Assembly: GCF_009914755.1 (NCBI RefSeq)
Contig: NC_060926.1
From: the human T2T-CHM13v2.0 reference genome, Homo sapiens
Direction: 5' to 3' (one strand)
DNA: 64,000 bases
Position 1 is the stretch's first letter; each line of letters starts with the position of its first letter. This document shows positions 62,805 through 64,000 of the stretch, in pieces. A program made the position numbers and the translations under genes. The notes under the pieces are model-generated. The model was not told where the DNA came from. It saw only the letters and a program-made list of their open reading frames with translations, and did not search any database.

Positions 62805-63176
62805 CATGCATTAGTAATAATGCAAGCTTCTATAACAGCTGAACTCCCAAACCTCAGTGGTGATACAGTAGAAGCTGTTGCTCACTCATATTGAGTCCAA
62901 AGTAGGTTTAGGCCTTTTGCCTTCCATGCAGTGATTCAGGGACCCAGCCTTCTTCCACCTTGTAGACAAGGCACACTGGCTTCTTACCTGTTTTAGCCCA
63001 GATGTGACATTCATCACTTTTGCTCATGTTCCATTGATGAAAACTAGTCACATGACCTTACCAGTAGAAAAGAGATAGAATACAGTCCTGGCCTGGCAGC
63101 CATTTTTCAACAAAAACTCTGTATAATAGAAAGGAAAGCACAAGTCTTTGATGGGCAATTAGTTACCTTTGCCACA
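62805..63176 (-). mobile_element. MLT1K/L-type old MaLR LTR
   Basis: CCAAACCTCAGTGG..GTGATTCAGGGACCCAG..TGCTCATGTTCCATTG..AACTAGTCACATGACC..TGCCACA. Confidence 0.65.
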
Positions 63177-64000
63177 ACTAACAACAATATACTTTTGGTT
63201 GTTAGATAATCATTAACTAAGCATGCAATTTTGGCTGCTTCAGTCCCAGAGTTTGATGGCATTGTCAACGTTAATCAAAGCAACTCATGAGAAATGCTTA
63301 AGAAAGTGACACATTTTCAGGCTTGGAGAAATGTTCATTCATCTAACTTGGTATTATTTAGGGCAAAACCTTGTCTTTATGAGCACTGTACTAGCAAAGG
63401 GTAGCTTCCTTCATGCAGGTCTAAGAGAATTATTTCCTTTCTTTGTGTCTCAGCTTTCTTTTCTGCAAAATGAAATTGTTGGAGTAGATAGTCTCTAATA
63501 CCTATGTTCTAGCAATATGCATTTCATTTCTCATGTTATTGAAATCACTGAAACAAACATATCTGTCTTTGGTGTGATTAAAGGTTGTTCTTCAGGAAAG
63601 GCATACACAAACGTGTTCTAAAAACTAGCCAGAGGAAATGGGGAGCTAAATGTTTCCTTTTCTCAATGGGTCTTGGCCATCTTTCCACTTATTTAAATGT
63701 AAAACATGTATTATTTAACCACAACTTCAATGCTAGGAGCAAACACATAAAAGCAGATGGTTAAACAGCATGTATTTTGGAGTTTTAATCCCAAACCACC
63801 TATACATGCAATTTTCAAATAAGAATAAGCCTATGTTTCAACAAATGTGAACTTTAAGAGTTATTATTTGAACTTTAGTCTTAGATCAAATTTTCACATA
63901 ATAAATTTTGTGTCCAACTACTTCATGCCATTGTTGGTTTTTGAAAAAGACAAAGAGTTGCAAAGTGGTGAGGTTTCCCACTGAATCACTGCCCATAATA

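Overview
Primate (human-like) non-coding DNA: CpG-depleted, no CpG island, and no protein-coding exon I can support. Roughly half of it is interspersed repeats: about 18 Alus (J, S and Y types), a 5'-deleted and disabled L1PA5-like LINE-1 (47352-52810, +), old L1M and L2 pieces, MIRs, many MaLR/ERV LTRs including a complete THE1B-like provirus, hAT DNA transposons (MER20, MER5, MER33) and microsatellites. The informative long ORFs are L1, THE1-int, L2 or Alu remnants. The most unusual structure is at 61753-62703. There a ~545-bp copy of sequence from 2.65 kb upstream sits exactly at the centre of what reconstitutes as a 79-bp near-perfect palindrome, with the 9-bp centre GAGATTCTC duplicated on both sides. 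Several other local templated-copy scars occur, including a 164-bp duplication over 2467 bp and serial junction duplications. A unique segment at about 36.1-36.55 kb carries D-box, E-box, RFX X-box and CRE consensus motifs. Repeat subfamily names come from remembered consensus sequences and need RepeatMasker/Dfam confirmation; boundaries of old elements are approximate. I could not identify the host locus.
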